The position numbers and the translations under genes were made by a program. A stretch of 63,417 nucleotides of DNA, filler included, from Choristocarpus tenellus KU-1152 (Eukaryota > Protista > Phaeophyceae): NCBI GenBank assembly GCA_964200185.2. It is 7 parts of 7 records of this genome, joined end to end, with 100 filler letters (N's around TTAATTAATTAA, not from the genome) between each part and the next. Parts side by side here need not be neighbours in the genome. Positions count along the whole stretch, not along the records: positions 26,773 to 36,067 come from CAXNAD020003806.1; positions 36,168 to 40,907 come from CAXNAD020013252.1; 5 more parts are not named here. One strand, given 5' to 3'. The first letter of the stretch is position 1. The number at the start of each line of letters is the position of its first letter. The notes beneath the pieces are model-generated. The model worked only from the letters and a program-made list of their open reading frames with translations, ran no database searches and had not been told where the DNA came from. This document shows, in pieces, positions 27,137-39,950 of this stretch.

Positions 27137-27208
27137 TGGGCGTCACAGTGTACTGTGAGGGACTTAAACAGTACTAAGCCGAGGCCCGCCACCCATGTAT
27201 CGTGGTTT

Positions 27209-27491
27209 CCAATTTTGATTTTTTTGAAAAGGTTGCCCAAGGAGTTAATCGACGATCAGCATATCGAATGAAAGCTCTTGATCTAAGCTATCGATTTTCG
27301 CAAAGAAACTCCTCAGAAAAAAATATTTTCAAGGTAGTCCGGAAAAACTTGGGTTAAAATTTAACATTACCAAAATAATTTTATCGAAGAATTTCTTAAC
27401 ATAAATCGATAGCTTAGATCAAGATCTTTTTTTCGATATGCTGATCGTCGATTAACTCCTTGGGAAACCTTTTCAAAAAACCCAAGATTGG
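27209..27491. mobile_element. Foldback/MITE with long inverted arms
   Basis: CCAATTTTGATTTTTTTGAAAAGGTTGCCCAAGGAGTTAATCGACGATCAGCATATCGAA...GATCTAAGCTATCGATTT is mirrored by AAATCGATAGCTTAGATC...TTCGATATGCTGATCGTCGATTAACTCCTTGGGAAACCTTTTCAAAAAACCCAAGATTGG. Confidence 0.88.
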
Positions 27492-27589
27492 TCTGATCCT
27501 AGAGGCGACTCCCAACACTATACTATATACATGAATATATTTTGAAATGGTACGTTTGACAACGCATAATTCATCCACAACATTGGATT

Positions 27590-27900
27590 TTTGTTCGAAG
27601 GGGAGAATCTTTCTATGACAATTCCCTATTTCTATCTGATTGTGAAAGAGTAATATTGTGTTCGTATTTTTTTGTGTTCATTACTATGAATAGGGGAGAG
27701 TCTTCCGATGACAGTACCCTATTTCTAGGTTATTGTGATTTTGTGCTCGTATTTAATTGTGCCCATAGTGGTGAAAGGGAAAAGGTCTTTCAATGATAGC
27801 ACGTTATGTCTATGATACTATCCTTTTGTGTTCATATTCATTTTGTATTTATAGTTGTGAAAGGGGGAGAATCTTTCTAGTGAGTATGGCAGTACTCTAT
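27590..27900. repeat. Degenerate tandem repeat, about 85-95 bp, about 4 copies
   Basis: The motif GAA.GGGGAGA.TCTT.C.ATGA.A.T.CC.TAT...TTGTG.TC.TATT recurs near 27597, 27689, 27774 and 27859. Confidence 0.6.
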
Positions 27901-29249
27901 TCAATGCGGTTGTGATTCTTTAGTGTATGAGGTTTTCTCTTGACATTGCGTCAAACACACACTGAGTGCTGTGAGGTATGAGTGTCACGCTACCACATTT
28001 GTCATCAATGCAAGCATTGTAAGGGAGATTCTTCCTCCTGGTTTCCACATCTGGTGAATCCCCAGCACTGCCCAGAGATATATTAGGACCTCGAAGTAAC
28101 ATTTCATTTCATTTCTGCTACGTCCGTAATAGGACAAGGGAAGACATTTTATGTTTCTTTCAGTCATCTGTTCTTCACATTGAAGCACCTATGTATAATG
28201 TTGGGGGGCTTATACTGGTAGTGATGGGTCTCAATGGTGTTCTATAGATGTCATCATGAGCTTGAAGTCGTAGACTTTATGTAATGTGCTTCTTGACCTT
28301 TTGTCTATTGCCTGATCAATGTGAGACCATAATTCGCCCATGTCTGTTCTTTTGTACCTCCATCGAATCATAGAGTGAGCGAAGTGCGAAATCCAGTATA
28401 TTCTGTGTTTTTATTTCGGCGCCGTCTTCAAGTCTCATCATCTACCTACTGGCTTGTTAATTGGAGCCACATATTGCACATTTTAGACGCTGGCTTCGAA
28501 CTTCATCATCAGTATACAGGTTAGTAGATTGGAGCTGTCCATACCATCAAGGTAAGCTCCTGGAGCGTTTCTAACAATGTCAGGGGAGGAGGAAACAAAG
28601 ACCACAACTACATGAAAGTGCTGCCTTAAATGGTAAGATACCTCCACAAAATATGTATTTTATAGCTAATGATATAAAATGTTCCTTGGAGATTGTTTCT
28701 ATTTGTAGTGTTCACACTCCTAGTTTCCTAATCTAGCCCTACCAAAGCAGGCGAGGAACTAGAGAAGCATAGTAAGAATCTATCAGCCCCTTCTTGCACG
28801 ACTGCCGAGTATCTCTACCTTCAAACCCATTACTTGTACGTCTTAAGATAGCCAATTGGGCAGTGACAAAATATCTGCCTCATATGAGACTTGACAATCT
28901 TTTCAGCCATACCCCCCTCTACATCTCTATTATATATTCATGAAGGATATACATTTGCTTCTTTGGCGAAGTCCGTCCATACATCCCACCCGTTTAAATA
29001 GCGCCCTACCACTGGTCAAACCATCCTATCAAGGTCGACGATTGGACAGACCATTTTCTTCTCCATCATTTTTTTCCTACTGTATTAGGAAAGTTTAGGA
29101 GTTCAAATAATAATATATTTTGTGTGAGTTTGTTTAAGATTCGTGTTGTCTTCTCATCATAGATCCATAGCAGTCAATGGGTCAACATGTGCAGTCAACA
29201 ACTCCTATGATATCTTGTTGATTGCTGTGGAGTAGATTTTTTTATCTGT

Positions 29250-30300
29250 GGGCAAACGACACAAAGAATTTCTCAGCGGCGACGTCCTGCTAAGGATGAA
29301 CGTGAGACCACCCTCATGTTTCACAATGGTTGGGTTATTTCTGCTTCTCGGTGTCGTTCTGAACCGAGCACAGGTGTGCAAATGATTGTCAGGGATGCGA
29401 CCGTGTGTTACAAGTGCTAACAATATCACAACGACGTCCATATATGTGTATATCCCCTCGCAAGCACCTAATTCAATCCCTTGGACTTTCACCAGATATA
29501 GCAACGAACAGTGGTTGAGAGAACAGGGTGTTCAGACCACAAGATGCTTTGACCAAGGTATTGAGGTTGTGGGATGACCAAACCTAAGCGTCAAGCTTTT
29601 CTCGTGGAACGTTGTCCGGAAAACCTCGCGCCCGATTGCCTTTTAGAAAGGGACGACCACAGTGTTTAAGACAAAACTTGCTTGGCAATGAACCAGGCTT
29701 ACCACGTTCTACCTTGTTACGAGAAAAAATGGGTTTGTCAGCTTGCCTTTTGACTTATGGACCCGGGGTGTGTGGACTACTATACCATTTGCTTTCGTCA
29801 TCGTGGCACTGTGCTCTGAAGTACCCAGGGTTGCAGATGCACTTGCAGCTTATGCCAAGGCGCTCCAGCGCCTGTGTGCTCACTCTTGTTTGATAATCCA
29901 TTGCATCCAAGGAATCTTGTGGCAACATTAGCCCATGTTAATCTGGCACTAAGTGTTTGAAGGTTTCTAGCGTTAACAATGTTATAGTATTATGAAGGTG
30001 TGTCATAGAGATGCTGGACTCGTTCGTTTGTTTGGAAAAAGATATGACATGCAGCTTGAGAATGTACACCACCTGCAAAATATATGTCACCTCTTGTACT
30101 TCAGCAACATGTGCTGTGCTTGAATGAAGTGGAACACACGCGCAACAACCAAAATTTTGCACGAGGTTGCGTGGAATTGGATGTATTGGTGCCTGCAGTT
30201 GGTGGATTAGTTGAATTGGGAATCTTTGTTTCAATTCTCCGAAGAAGAAACCACGAGATTACCAGAGCTCCTTGCAACACAACAATTATACTGTGACAAA
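29250..30300 (-). mobile_element. Possible decayed non-LTR retrotransposon RT remnant
   Basis: Stop-riddled minus-strand frames contain IYTYMDVVVIL, which resembles a YxDD motif. No other motif is secure. Confidence 0.3.
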
Positions 30301-31200
30301 GAACACAGGAAATGCCTTTCCAGATGGATACAATTCCTTTTTTTCTAAATGGTTGGTCATGTAGCGCACATTAACCAAAGTGTTTTTGGCCGCTATGACA
30401 TTGATTTGGGAAGACTTGGCATTAAAATGACCCTGAATATCTCTTTTCTTGGGATTAAGAATGTAACCGGATTATAAAACATTTTGTCAAGGCCATTAAC
30501 ATGGACCTTTTTTCATCTCTCAATCCCCAAGACTTTGTGGTTTTATTGCCCTATACGCAATCGTGGGTATTGTTTTTGTGGATTGGCTGTATGCCTGAGA
30601 GATGGCAGAAGTGTTTTGATCATGTAGTGCAATCCATCCTTCCATCCCTTACAGTGAGGAGACCCCATATCAAGATTCCGAGAATTTTAAACATCAGGTT
30701 CGGGACTCTGCTCACATGCAGTACACACTTGTTATTTTGATCACAAAAGTGTGAAGTGTGAAACGCACCCATCAGACTGCCTGTCAGTGCGTGTCAGGCA
30801 CCGGCTCTTTTCCTCAGGCGTCTGCTCTCCGCTCACTGGTGCGATTGTCCCAATGACTCTAGTTGAAAAGAAAAAAATCAGAGTAGCTTAGGGTAAGGGG
30901 AGTTATTTTTATATTTTTTGTGCTAACCCAATATCCACCATGTAGGACTGGCTTTAGCTGCCTTGAATAAGGTACTGCAGAGACCTGTGGAGAACTCCGT
31001 ACATTTTATTTTCTGATCTTAGACTGTTTTTGACTGGAGGAGAGAGGATGGTGTGGTGAACAGCCAAGGACCTGACTCCGTTATCACTTGCCCCAATACA
31101 TTTCTTTCTTTCTTAGCTGTAAAATATCTGGCACTCTCTGGTTGTCTGGGGTTTTGGAGAAGTGGGGGTAGTTCTGGTTGGTTGAGAATGTGGATGCCTT

Positions 31201-31293
31201 AATCAGTTGACTCGATGGATGTCTCAATCAGTTCACTCAATGGATATCTCAATCTGTTCTCTCAATGGATGTCTCAATCAGTTCACTCAATGG
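31201..31293. repeat. 25-bp tandem repeat (TCAATGGATGTCTCAATCAGTTCAC), about 3.5 copies
   Basis: Read directly from the sequence. Confidence 0.85.
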
Positions 31294-31592
31294 AAGATGT
31301 GCAACATCCACGAATGCTACCCTTTAAAAAAAAAAAAAATTGCACTGTTGTACTCAATGCAGAATAGATGGTTTCAATACTCTTACGAGAATATTGTTGC
31401 CTTCTGATATTGCTAGAGTAGAAACATGGAGGTGTAAAAATGTCTTCCCTTTTGAATAGTGAGATGTACAAAGTAGGTCGTACATCCTATTCTATCAATG
31501 TGGGAACCCCTCATTTTAACCTTGTGCCTGCAAAGATACTTTCATCTACCATCTTCTTGCCAACAACAGCAAGTACATAATACACATATATT

Positions 31593-31760
31593 CATACATA
31601 CATACATACATACATACATACATACATACATACATACATACATACATACATACATACATACATACATACACACATACATACATACATATACATACATACA
31701 CACATACATACATACATACATACACACATACATACATACACACATACATACATACACATA
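31593..31760. repeat. (CATA)n microsatellite
   Basis: Read directly. It explains the HTYI and YVCM pseudo-ORFs. Confidence 0.97.
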
Positions 31761-32921
31761 ATACTATATACGGTAATGGCAGGTAGATGCTGAATGTTAT
31801 GGTCTAGACTCTAGGAAATTTGAAGGGGAAGGAGAGTTTTGATTCAGGTCTATTGGTTGAGAGAAGATCATTTGGAAAAGCTCGTTCTTTAGTGGGGGGT
31901 TGGACTTTACCACGACCAACATCTATGCACCTCCTGCTTGGACAGCATTTTGATACTCTACTAACTAACCCTAACCCTATTCCCATTGCCTCGTGGAAGG
32001 AGTAATTACCTACCCGCATATTCACACCCGCTACTTGCCAAAAACTAATAATGATGATGATGTCACAAGACTCTCCCGTTTTTTGAATAAAAAACAAATT
32101 AAGATGCTGACATCAGAGAAAAAGGAAGTGGGGGTAGAGTGCCATCATCATGGTGTGTGCTTTGCGAGATTTCAACGCTTGTTTCTATTTTTTTTTTGAG
32201 GCAGGTTGATGTGATGTGATGTGATCATATTTTTATTTAATTTTTTGTTTGCTTGTTTTTGTGTGGGGGGAGGGCAGTTGAGATAATCAACATTTTTCAT
32301 TTATTTCACCATTTTTTTCGATTCAGTCAATGCTATCTCATTTTTTTTTCGAATCCTAAATATAATCGTAAATATATTGGACAACATACATTGGACAAAA
32401 GAAAAAAATCTGATGTGGAGTATGTAAGTGCTACTACTGTGATGGCATCAAGTATGCATTATATACTACAATTGTTTGTCTGAGAATATCTTGGTCCAGA
32501 TAGTCCCATACTACAATACAATGTTAGAGGTGTACTGTTTAGTATGTGCCAAGTCATCGCTTTTTTTATTTTATGTATTTTTTTTTTAATGTATTGATAA
32601 CGTCGTGATTGTCTGAAAGGGCCGTTTCTTCATCCAAAAGAAAGTAAAATATCCCATAATGCCACAACTCTATAATCTCGCAGGATGAAACATGTCCATC
32701 TTGAGAAGGCGATTTCCTGTCATGCTCTTCTTCTTTTTTTTTTCTTTTTTTTTAGCTTTTTGACTACAGAGACAGACAGACCTACAGATCAGATTTTTGT
32801 TGACACTGAATGAGAATGCTAAGCTAATAACACGTGCATGGTCGGACTATAAATCCAAGATAATATAGTGATAATTTTATTTCTATTAACCCTTCCGCCG
32901 TTGGTGGTTGCCACTTGGCAG

Positions 32922-33017
32922 GGTGCATGGCCAGCACCGGGGCGTGCAACAACCTCATCAAGTGACAGAGTTAGTCGAATTGCGTTTGGTAGCTGCAACC
33001 GACAAAAAGAGTCACAG
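32922..33017 (+). CDS. PhoD-like (alkaline phosphatase D) metallophosphoesterase, single internal exon
   Basis: ttggcag|GGT...CAG|gtaaaa, 96 nt, phase 0. It encodes GAWPAPGRATTSSSDRVSRIAFGSCNRQKESQ; RIAFGSCN.Q is the PhoD N-terminal signature. I could not locate the other exons. Confidence 0.75.
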
Positions 33018-33107
33018 GTAAAAAATAAATAAATAAATAATAATAATAATAATCTTCTGCCCACATTCCCCCCCACCCCCAGTTGGATGTACTCTTTATT
33101 GCAGTGA

Positions 33108-33365
33108 GAGTACCTTTTGTGTGTTTGTGCTTGGACCCTTCGTGTGTGTGTGTGTGTGTGTTTGTTTGTGTACCTTTTTTTGTTTGTACCTTTTGTGTGT
33201 GTGTGTTTGTGTACCTTTTTTGTCTGTACCTTTTGTGTGCATGTGTTTGTGTACCTTTTTTGTTTGTACCTTTCGTGTGTGTGTTTGTGTACCTTTTTTG
33301 TGTTTGCACCTTTTTGTGTATCTGTGTGTGTGCAATACGCTGAAGAGTACCTTTTTTGTGTATAA
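33108..33365. repeat. Compound (GT)n / TGTACCTTTT low-complexity repeat
   Basis: Read directly from the sequence. Confidence 0.9.
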
Positions 33366-33465
33366 TGCAAATTAGTTTATCTTGCATGTGTATTCTGCAG
33401 TGAGTGCACCTTGTAGTTTTTGTAATACTGCAAGTTCACCATTTATTTGTTCAACACAAAAATCG

Positions 33466-34260
33466 TACCTTTTCTGTGTATGGTATTACGAGATAACCTG
33501 TACCTTTTCTGTGTATGGCATTACGAGATAGCCTATACCTTTTCTATGTATGGTATTACGAGATAATCTATACCTTTTCTATGTATGGTATTAAAAGATA
33601 ACCTATACCTTTTCTATGTATGGTATTACTAGAGAACCTACACCTTTTCTATGTATGGTATTACGAGATAACCTATACCTTTTCTATGTATGGTATTACT
33701 AGAGAACCTACACCTTTTCTGTGTATGGTATTACGAGATAGCCTATACCTTTTCTATGTATGGTATTACTGGAAAACCTATACCTTTTCTTTGTATGGTA
33801 TTACGAGAGAACCTATATATACCTTTTCTATGTATGGTATTACTGGAAAACCTATACCTTTTTCTGTGTATGGTATTACGAGATAACCTATACCTTTTCT
33901 ATGTATGGTATTACGAGATAACCTATACCTTTTTATGTGTATGGTATTACGAGATAGCCTATACCTTTTCTATGTATGGTATTACTGGAAAACCTATACA
34001 TTTTCTTTTTATGGTATTACGAGAGAACCTATATATACCTTTTCTGTGTATGGTATTACTGGAAAACCTATACCTTTTTCTGTGTATGGTATTACGAGAT
34101 AACCTATACCTTTTATATGTATGGTATTACGAGATAAGCTACGCCTTTTTATGTATATGGTATTATGAGATAGCCTATACCTTTTCTATGTATGGTATTA
34201 CGAGATAACCTATATATACCTTTTCTTTGTATGGTATTACGAGATAACCGATACCTTTTT
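33466..34260. repeat. 35-bp minisatellite, 22 units plus a partial (TACCTTTTCTATGTATGGTATTACGAGATAACCTA)
   Basis: Units start at 33466, 33501, 33536 and so on, contiguous with no spacers. A six-unit block of variants is duplicated. Confidence 0.95.
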
Positions 34261-36167
34261 CTGTTCCTCTCACACCCTCCGATCCCACCGGCATGACCTG
34301 TGTGCTCTAAACATGGTATTCATAATGTGAATACTCCCCCTTTGCACAGCACATCCAAACCAGCTGCCAGATGATGAAAAGAAGTTTCAACGCATGTTTC
34401 TTTTTTTATTTTGCATGGTAAGTTATTTATCAGTAACGCCTCCTCTGGTCAGCATCAGTTTGAGCAATCTGCGGGGTAGGATATATATGGACAACTAAGA
34501 ACATATCATATTTTGTTTATTTTTTTCAGGGGGGGGGGGGGAGTTACAAAGAACCATTTTGAGGTTACATTAAAGATTACATTAAAGATAACCGAAAACA
34601 GACTGAAGTCCATTGCCTCTTCTATGCCGACCACTTAAAAGCTGCAAGAAAATGTCTTCCCAATGCGGTGATTTTCCCTATTCTACACAGTTTGAACTGA
34701 TGCTTAACAGAGTAAGGGTTTAAAGCATCGGACATGTGCTCAGAGCTCTTTGCATAGAGTGACGAAATGATAATAGGAACAGTTTACGTCAGAGTGTCGA
34801 AATGATCATAGGAACAGATTACATAGTAGTTCTCCAGAGTGTATGCTGTAAGAACAAACCAGAAAGTGGCGTTTGTTGCGCACTGGACGAAGTTGAAGTT
34901 GGAATTAATAGTACAGTAGTAATAAAATATAAATAAGAAGAAGATATATAGACGTAACTGTAATATTACAAACAAACGAAAAATGCAACATGCTGGAAAT
35001 GTGGTGAAACTGTCTTGAAGCGGCACTTTTTCGCTACAGAAAAAAAAAAAATGTTTTTTTTTTTTTGCAATTGCGATATTCAAAAATGATTATATAATAA
35101 ATGATGCATGCGAGAAATCCGGCGTGTTCAAAATTATCGCTAGGAGGGCTACTTTACTTGCCTACTGATGCTCTTTCGATGCACCCCCACTCTGGTTTTG
35201 TTCAAGTGTGGTATGTTCGAAGCAGGGTAGAATATATAGGTTTTCATTGTTATTGGAATGGCGTGGGCGTAATAGATGTGTGTGGGTGTGGGTGAATTGG
35301 TGGTAATACTTCCAACATCATACAACTCCATGGCAGTCTTCAATATCTGTGTTGCAAAATCTCAGATTTGGCCTCCACATAGTTGACCCAAAGAGGTTTT
35401 GCCTATGCTCGGTGCCCTGATATGAACAGGTTTCATGGGAGTGTGTGATACTGTATTCAAGGAAGTGAACAGAGGAGATAGAGGTATTATGTATGTGGTT
35501 GATTGGAGAGGTAGAGATATTAATTAATTAATCATGAAGGAATGATTATGTAAGAGGTAGTAGCCATTCTGAACAGAAATAATACTACAAGTAGTGTATG
35601 CATATCTATATCTATATCTATATATATGTACATGTACATACATGTCAATTATATTTGTTTGGGTATGGCCGTATAAGTCTATGATACATACGTCATCTAT
35701 GTATGTTGTACCCTATTGGTGCAGTGACCATACGACTACCCTTAACCCTAACCCTGATAGGTTAAGATATAGTAGAGAGGTAGGTGTATCTGTTGCTTAA
35801 AGCATATCTGTGCCATGGTTGCCACTGTGTCATCGGAACTTACTCAAGTGTGCTTAAGAAAATGAAATTTCTGTAGAGTAGTAGCGTATGCCGGGGGTAG
35901 AGAGAGATGACTGTCAGATGAAAGTTGATTGTTCAGTTTTTTTATTTTTTCAAAATTGTTCTTTTTTATTTTCGTCAAAAATTGTTCTAAGGATGTACAG
36001 CAATAAAAAAAATAGTGATCGAATGTGCAACAATGGCCCCTACCCAGTCAGGCAGTGAGACAGTCAGNNNNNNNNNNNNNNNNNNNNNNNNNNNNNNNNN
36101 NNNNNNNNNNNTTAATTAATTAANNNNNNNNNNNNNNNNNNNNNNNNNNNNNNNNNNNNNNNNNNNN

Positions 36168-39100
36168 GGTGTCATGACTAGGAACATACCCTCCATCGCT
36201 CTGTAGCTCCACATCCGAAGACGCAGTGGTCACAGTTGTGGCCACAGAGCCTGACTCAGTGGAGCCTTCACTTGCCCTTGCCCTTCCCCTGACCCTATCA
36301 CAAGATGCACTACCACTTGTGTTCTGTGTACCTCCACTCTCCATGGGGACTGCCGCTGCTATAGTTGGCAGGGATGATTGCAGTTGCTGGACAAACCAAA
36401 AAATTCACAAATATTAGGATGGGGGGCAACAAGGTGAATGAATGTTGGATTCCACATTATCCATCTTACCTCTTGACCCTCTCTCTACACACAAAACCCT
36501 AACGGGAAGAAAATATCTTGTAACACAGGCAAAAACGCCTAATCTAACCAGAGTGAAAACAGCTCTCAAACCCAACCCTAATCCTAACCCTAACCCCTAA
36601 AGTAGAAGGGCTATGTTCAGCTCCAAGCCTCCTCTCAACACAAAGGCACTAACCATCAACAACACTTGGGCCACCAAGACAGGTGCCTCTCTTCCCTCAC
36701 CAACCACTCACACATTCGTGATGGATCTCGACACCCTGCTCTTGAAACTCTGACTCTTGGTCTTGTCCTTCAAGATCCGTCTCTGTATTAGAGCTTGATC
36801 CCACGGACATAACGTCGCCCCCACCACCGTAGCCTACATCATTACGATGAATGCAGTGGATGAGCTCATCTCCCTCTTCTTCAATACACCCACTGTCCTC
36901 TTCCTCTAGCCTTTGCCCTCCTCCAACATCAGGAACAAAGTCTGCTGATATGGATGAAATCACACAATATGCTGCTAGGGTTAGCGTTTGGATCCATGCC
37001 AACGAAAAATCGAATCATGACCTTTGTTCTGATTTATTTCATCTCCTAATAGTACACCTCTTGGCGCCTCCAAAAATGAGCACAAATGCTCTTAACTTCC
37101 ACCTTACACCCTAACCCTAACAAGAGAGAATCAAGGCTGCCATGCAACACACCTTGCACTTGAAAATGAACCCCAAAAGGTCAAGCATAAACATGTCAGC
37201 CTACATACTGTCACCAACTCTACTGCACTCACCTTCAAGCATGTCCAACCTCTCTGACAACTGTCCGGATCGCTTTCGTTTCCTCCGTCGCTTCCTGCCA
37301 CCCCCAGGACTGCTAACACCCCTTCCAAGGCTGCTTGGGCTGCCACCAGAGCTACTGGGGCTGCTACCAGGGTGACTGGGGCAGCTCAAAGTCATGCTCT
37401 CCTGTAGTAAGCCCTCAACCTCCTTGTGAGGCAGGACAGCAGTACCTCCACCTGGCTCCTCAGAACCCATGCACAGCTCAACATCATGCTGAGTCAGTAT
37501 CCTGCTTATAGTGTCATTATAGACAAAGGTTTCGCTTGTGCTCTTGACCTTTTCCTGTCCACTCTCTGACACCTCATACATGAGGTAGTTGGTGTTGGTG
37601 TCACAAGCTTTTTCATGCCTCGGCTCTTCACTTTGAATTATCCTGCTACCCAAGCCATTGGAAAGCATTATCCGAGTTAGACTCTTGTTAGGCTTGCCTT
37701 TTGCCTTTCCTGCCCCTTTTCCTTTGTCAGTTTTGACGTTTTGTAGAGGTAACGGTTCCCCAGGGCTGGCAAGCAGGAAAGGAAAATAGGGAATGAATGT
37801 TGCAGGGAAGAAGCACAACACTCTTGCTCGATTATATTGTCCAACAGAGTCAAGCTATGAAGTGGTAGAAGGTGACCTCTCTGAGTGAATTGTACGAATG
37901 ATATACATCCCTCTTTAAAGTACTCACTACAAAAACTCGTACTCAAACCAGACAGGTTTAGCATGATTCCAAAAAAGGTGTGGGATGGTTTGAGTACGCA
38001 AAACAGATCTTTCAAGAAAACCTCTAGAATAGATTAAATCCATCCCACGAGTTTGTTGATGACCAAGTGTACAGTCACCCACCTAAATGTCGAGACCTTC
38101 TAACATCATGTACTGCAATAGCAGCTCAATCTATACGCTACAAATTTCAAGACTGTTCACAAGATCAATGAGAGGAACATAGACCCCAAAGCACTTTGCA
38201 CAATAGTTGGTGTGATGGGGTCAGGACAAGATTTCATTATCCCCCCACACAAACAGGCTGGGAAATCAATTCTTGAGTGTAAGAGGTAAACGTCAACTCA
38301 TACAGGTTTTCATTCGAGTTCCGTGTCCTATTTCATCTTTCGAAGACATTGGAATATATTGTCAGTGCTAAAGACAAATTAGGTAATGAAAGTAAGAATA
38401 AGACAAGTTGATGCAAATGTAAACGACAGCTAACTTAGTAGCTCGGTAATGGTCCAACTCAAGTCTCCTACGCTGAGAGACTGAAAATGTGCCAATCCAA
38501 GGTCCGCCTTCTACTGCTAGCCTATCAACACTGTTTTACAACCGTCTATCATCCTCCAGCATTTACTTCCACCTCCCCAAACTTCAGCCAACTAGCTCAC
38601 CTTGACTTATCAAAGTAGTCTAGATCTGAGATGGTCGTGTCCTTGACGCCAGGCACAAGGCTTAGCATAGGTCGGCATCTGCCGCAGTGGTCCTGCTTGT
38701 GGAGACAAGCAAAGGTGCAAGCATTGACAAGCAACGAGGGGAAGGAACAAGGCTTCACGCACGACGCACCATAGCAGATGTTACCTCCAAGGAGATTCCA
38801 GAAAATTGGGGTATGAAATGCTTCGGTACAGTGACAATTCCAGCATCCTGCACCCTTACAGGGAATTACACACATCGTTAACTCTACAGGCAAGACTCCG
38901 TCGAGAAAGGTTGGGCATCATTTTCTCAAGTTTCAGCCCCACAAACATCTTTCATTGACAGTAGGTTCCATATTTCGCTGACTAATATCTAAGCTCGAAA
39001 GTGTACAGATACCAACCCCCTAAGAAGGGGACAATCTTTGTTGCTGCCAACCTGTTGGTGTATCTCCTCTACGTCCTTTTGACTCTCAGCGGGCAATTTT

Positions 39101-39950
39101 CTCAAACTTTCACCACAAGAACTTCCTACGTGAATTTCATCCTCATCGTCAAACCCAGTGAGGTCTGTAGGGTTCATGGAGCTACTCATTGCGCCTCTAA
39201 AAGTTGCTCAGACTTCCGTGGGTTTGGGGGTCTAAATTGAATTTATTTTCTACTCCGATGGGAAGGCGTTACCAATGACTACTCTTATCAATATTCATAA
39301 CTGTCACCAGAAATAGTTGAAGTCTGTATAGTTGATTATTGTATATGATATATATTTCAGATTATGTTGTGTAGAGAGAGTCAAATTCTCTAAAAAATAT
39401 TTTTAAACAGAAGTGTTTACCAACATCGGTATAAATCAGTCTATATACCGTAATATGTTACACACCCCAGGTTGCAACCTTCACATCCAACACAGCCTTG
39501 AAGACTTACACAAACAACATTTCCTTGACTAACCTGTATTTGTCAGGCCTTGCAGTGACATAAAGGTTTGTTCGCCTGGTGAGTATAGCTGCACTGTGTG
39601 CTATGTCCCGTCATGTCGCAGTAGTTGTTGCATTGACAGCTCTGGGTTACCCAGCACAAGCGTTTGTTGGTCTGACAACGCGGCATGATGCTCTACAAGT
39701 GTGCACTCGTAGCAGGACTGCAGCAGGTGAGCGTTCGTTTTTTGTTCTCTGATTTTCTTGTTTTTGTAAGAGGAGAAAGAGGGAGATGAAGGCAAGTATG
39801 ATGTGTCGTGAGGCGGTGTCAGGAGGTGGCCTCACGTGTCATGCGTAGCAGTACCTGCCTACCCAAATATACCCCTTCACCAACTATCCTGATGCAGCCA
39901 TCTTGGTGCGTGTACCTCCCTTCTCTGTCATTCTGTTGCTTGTTGGGCTA
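36168..39950 (-). CDS. Multi-exon gene of unknown function with S/G/E-rich low complexity and an NLS-like RKRRRKRKR; the 3' end runs into the gap
   Basis: Coding-like minus-strand ORFs at 38989-39189, 38597-38690, 37201-37770, 36697-36960 and 36168-36390 have nearby splice-like signals. The exact exon chain is unresolved. Confidence 0.5.

Noticed and set aside
31498-34208. Many ORFs such as HTYI/YVCM and MVLRDNLYLFYVWYYEI
   Set aside because: They are translations of microsatellites and minisatellites.
33466-34260. CRISPR-like array (35-bp, weakly palindromic unit)
   Set aside because: Units are contiguous with no unique spacers, no cas genes are present, and the context is a eukaryotic intron.
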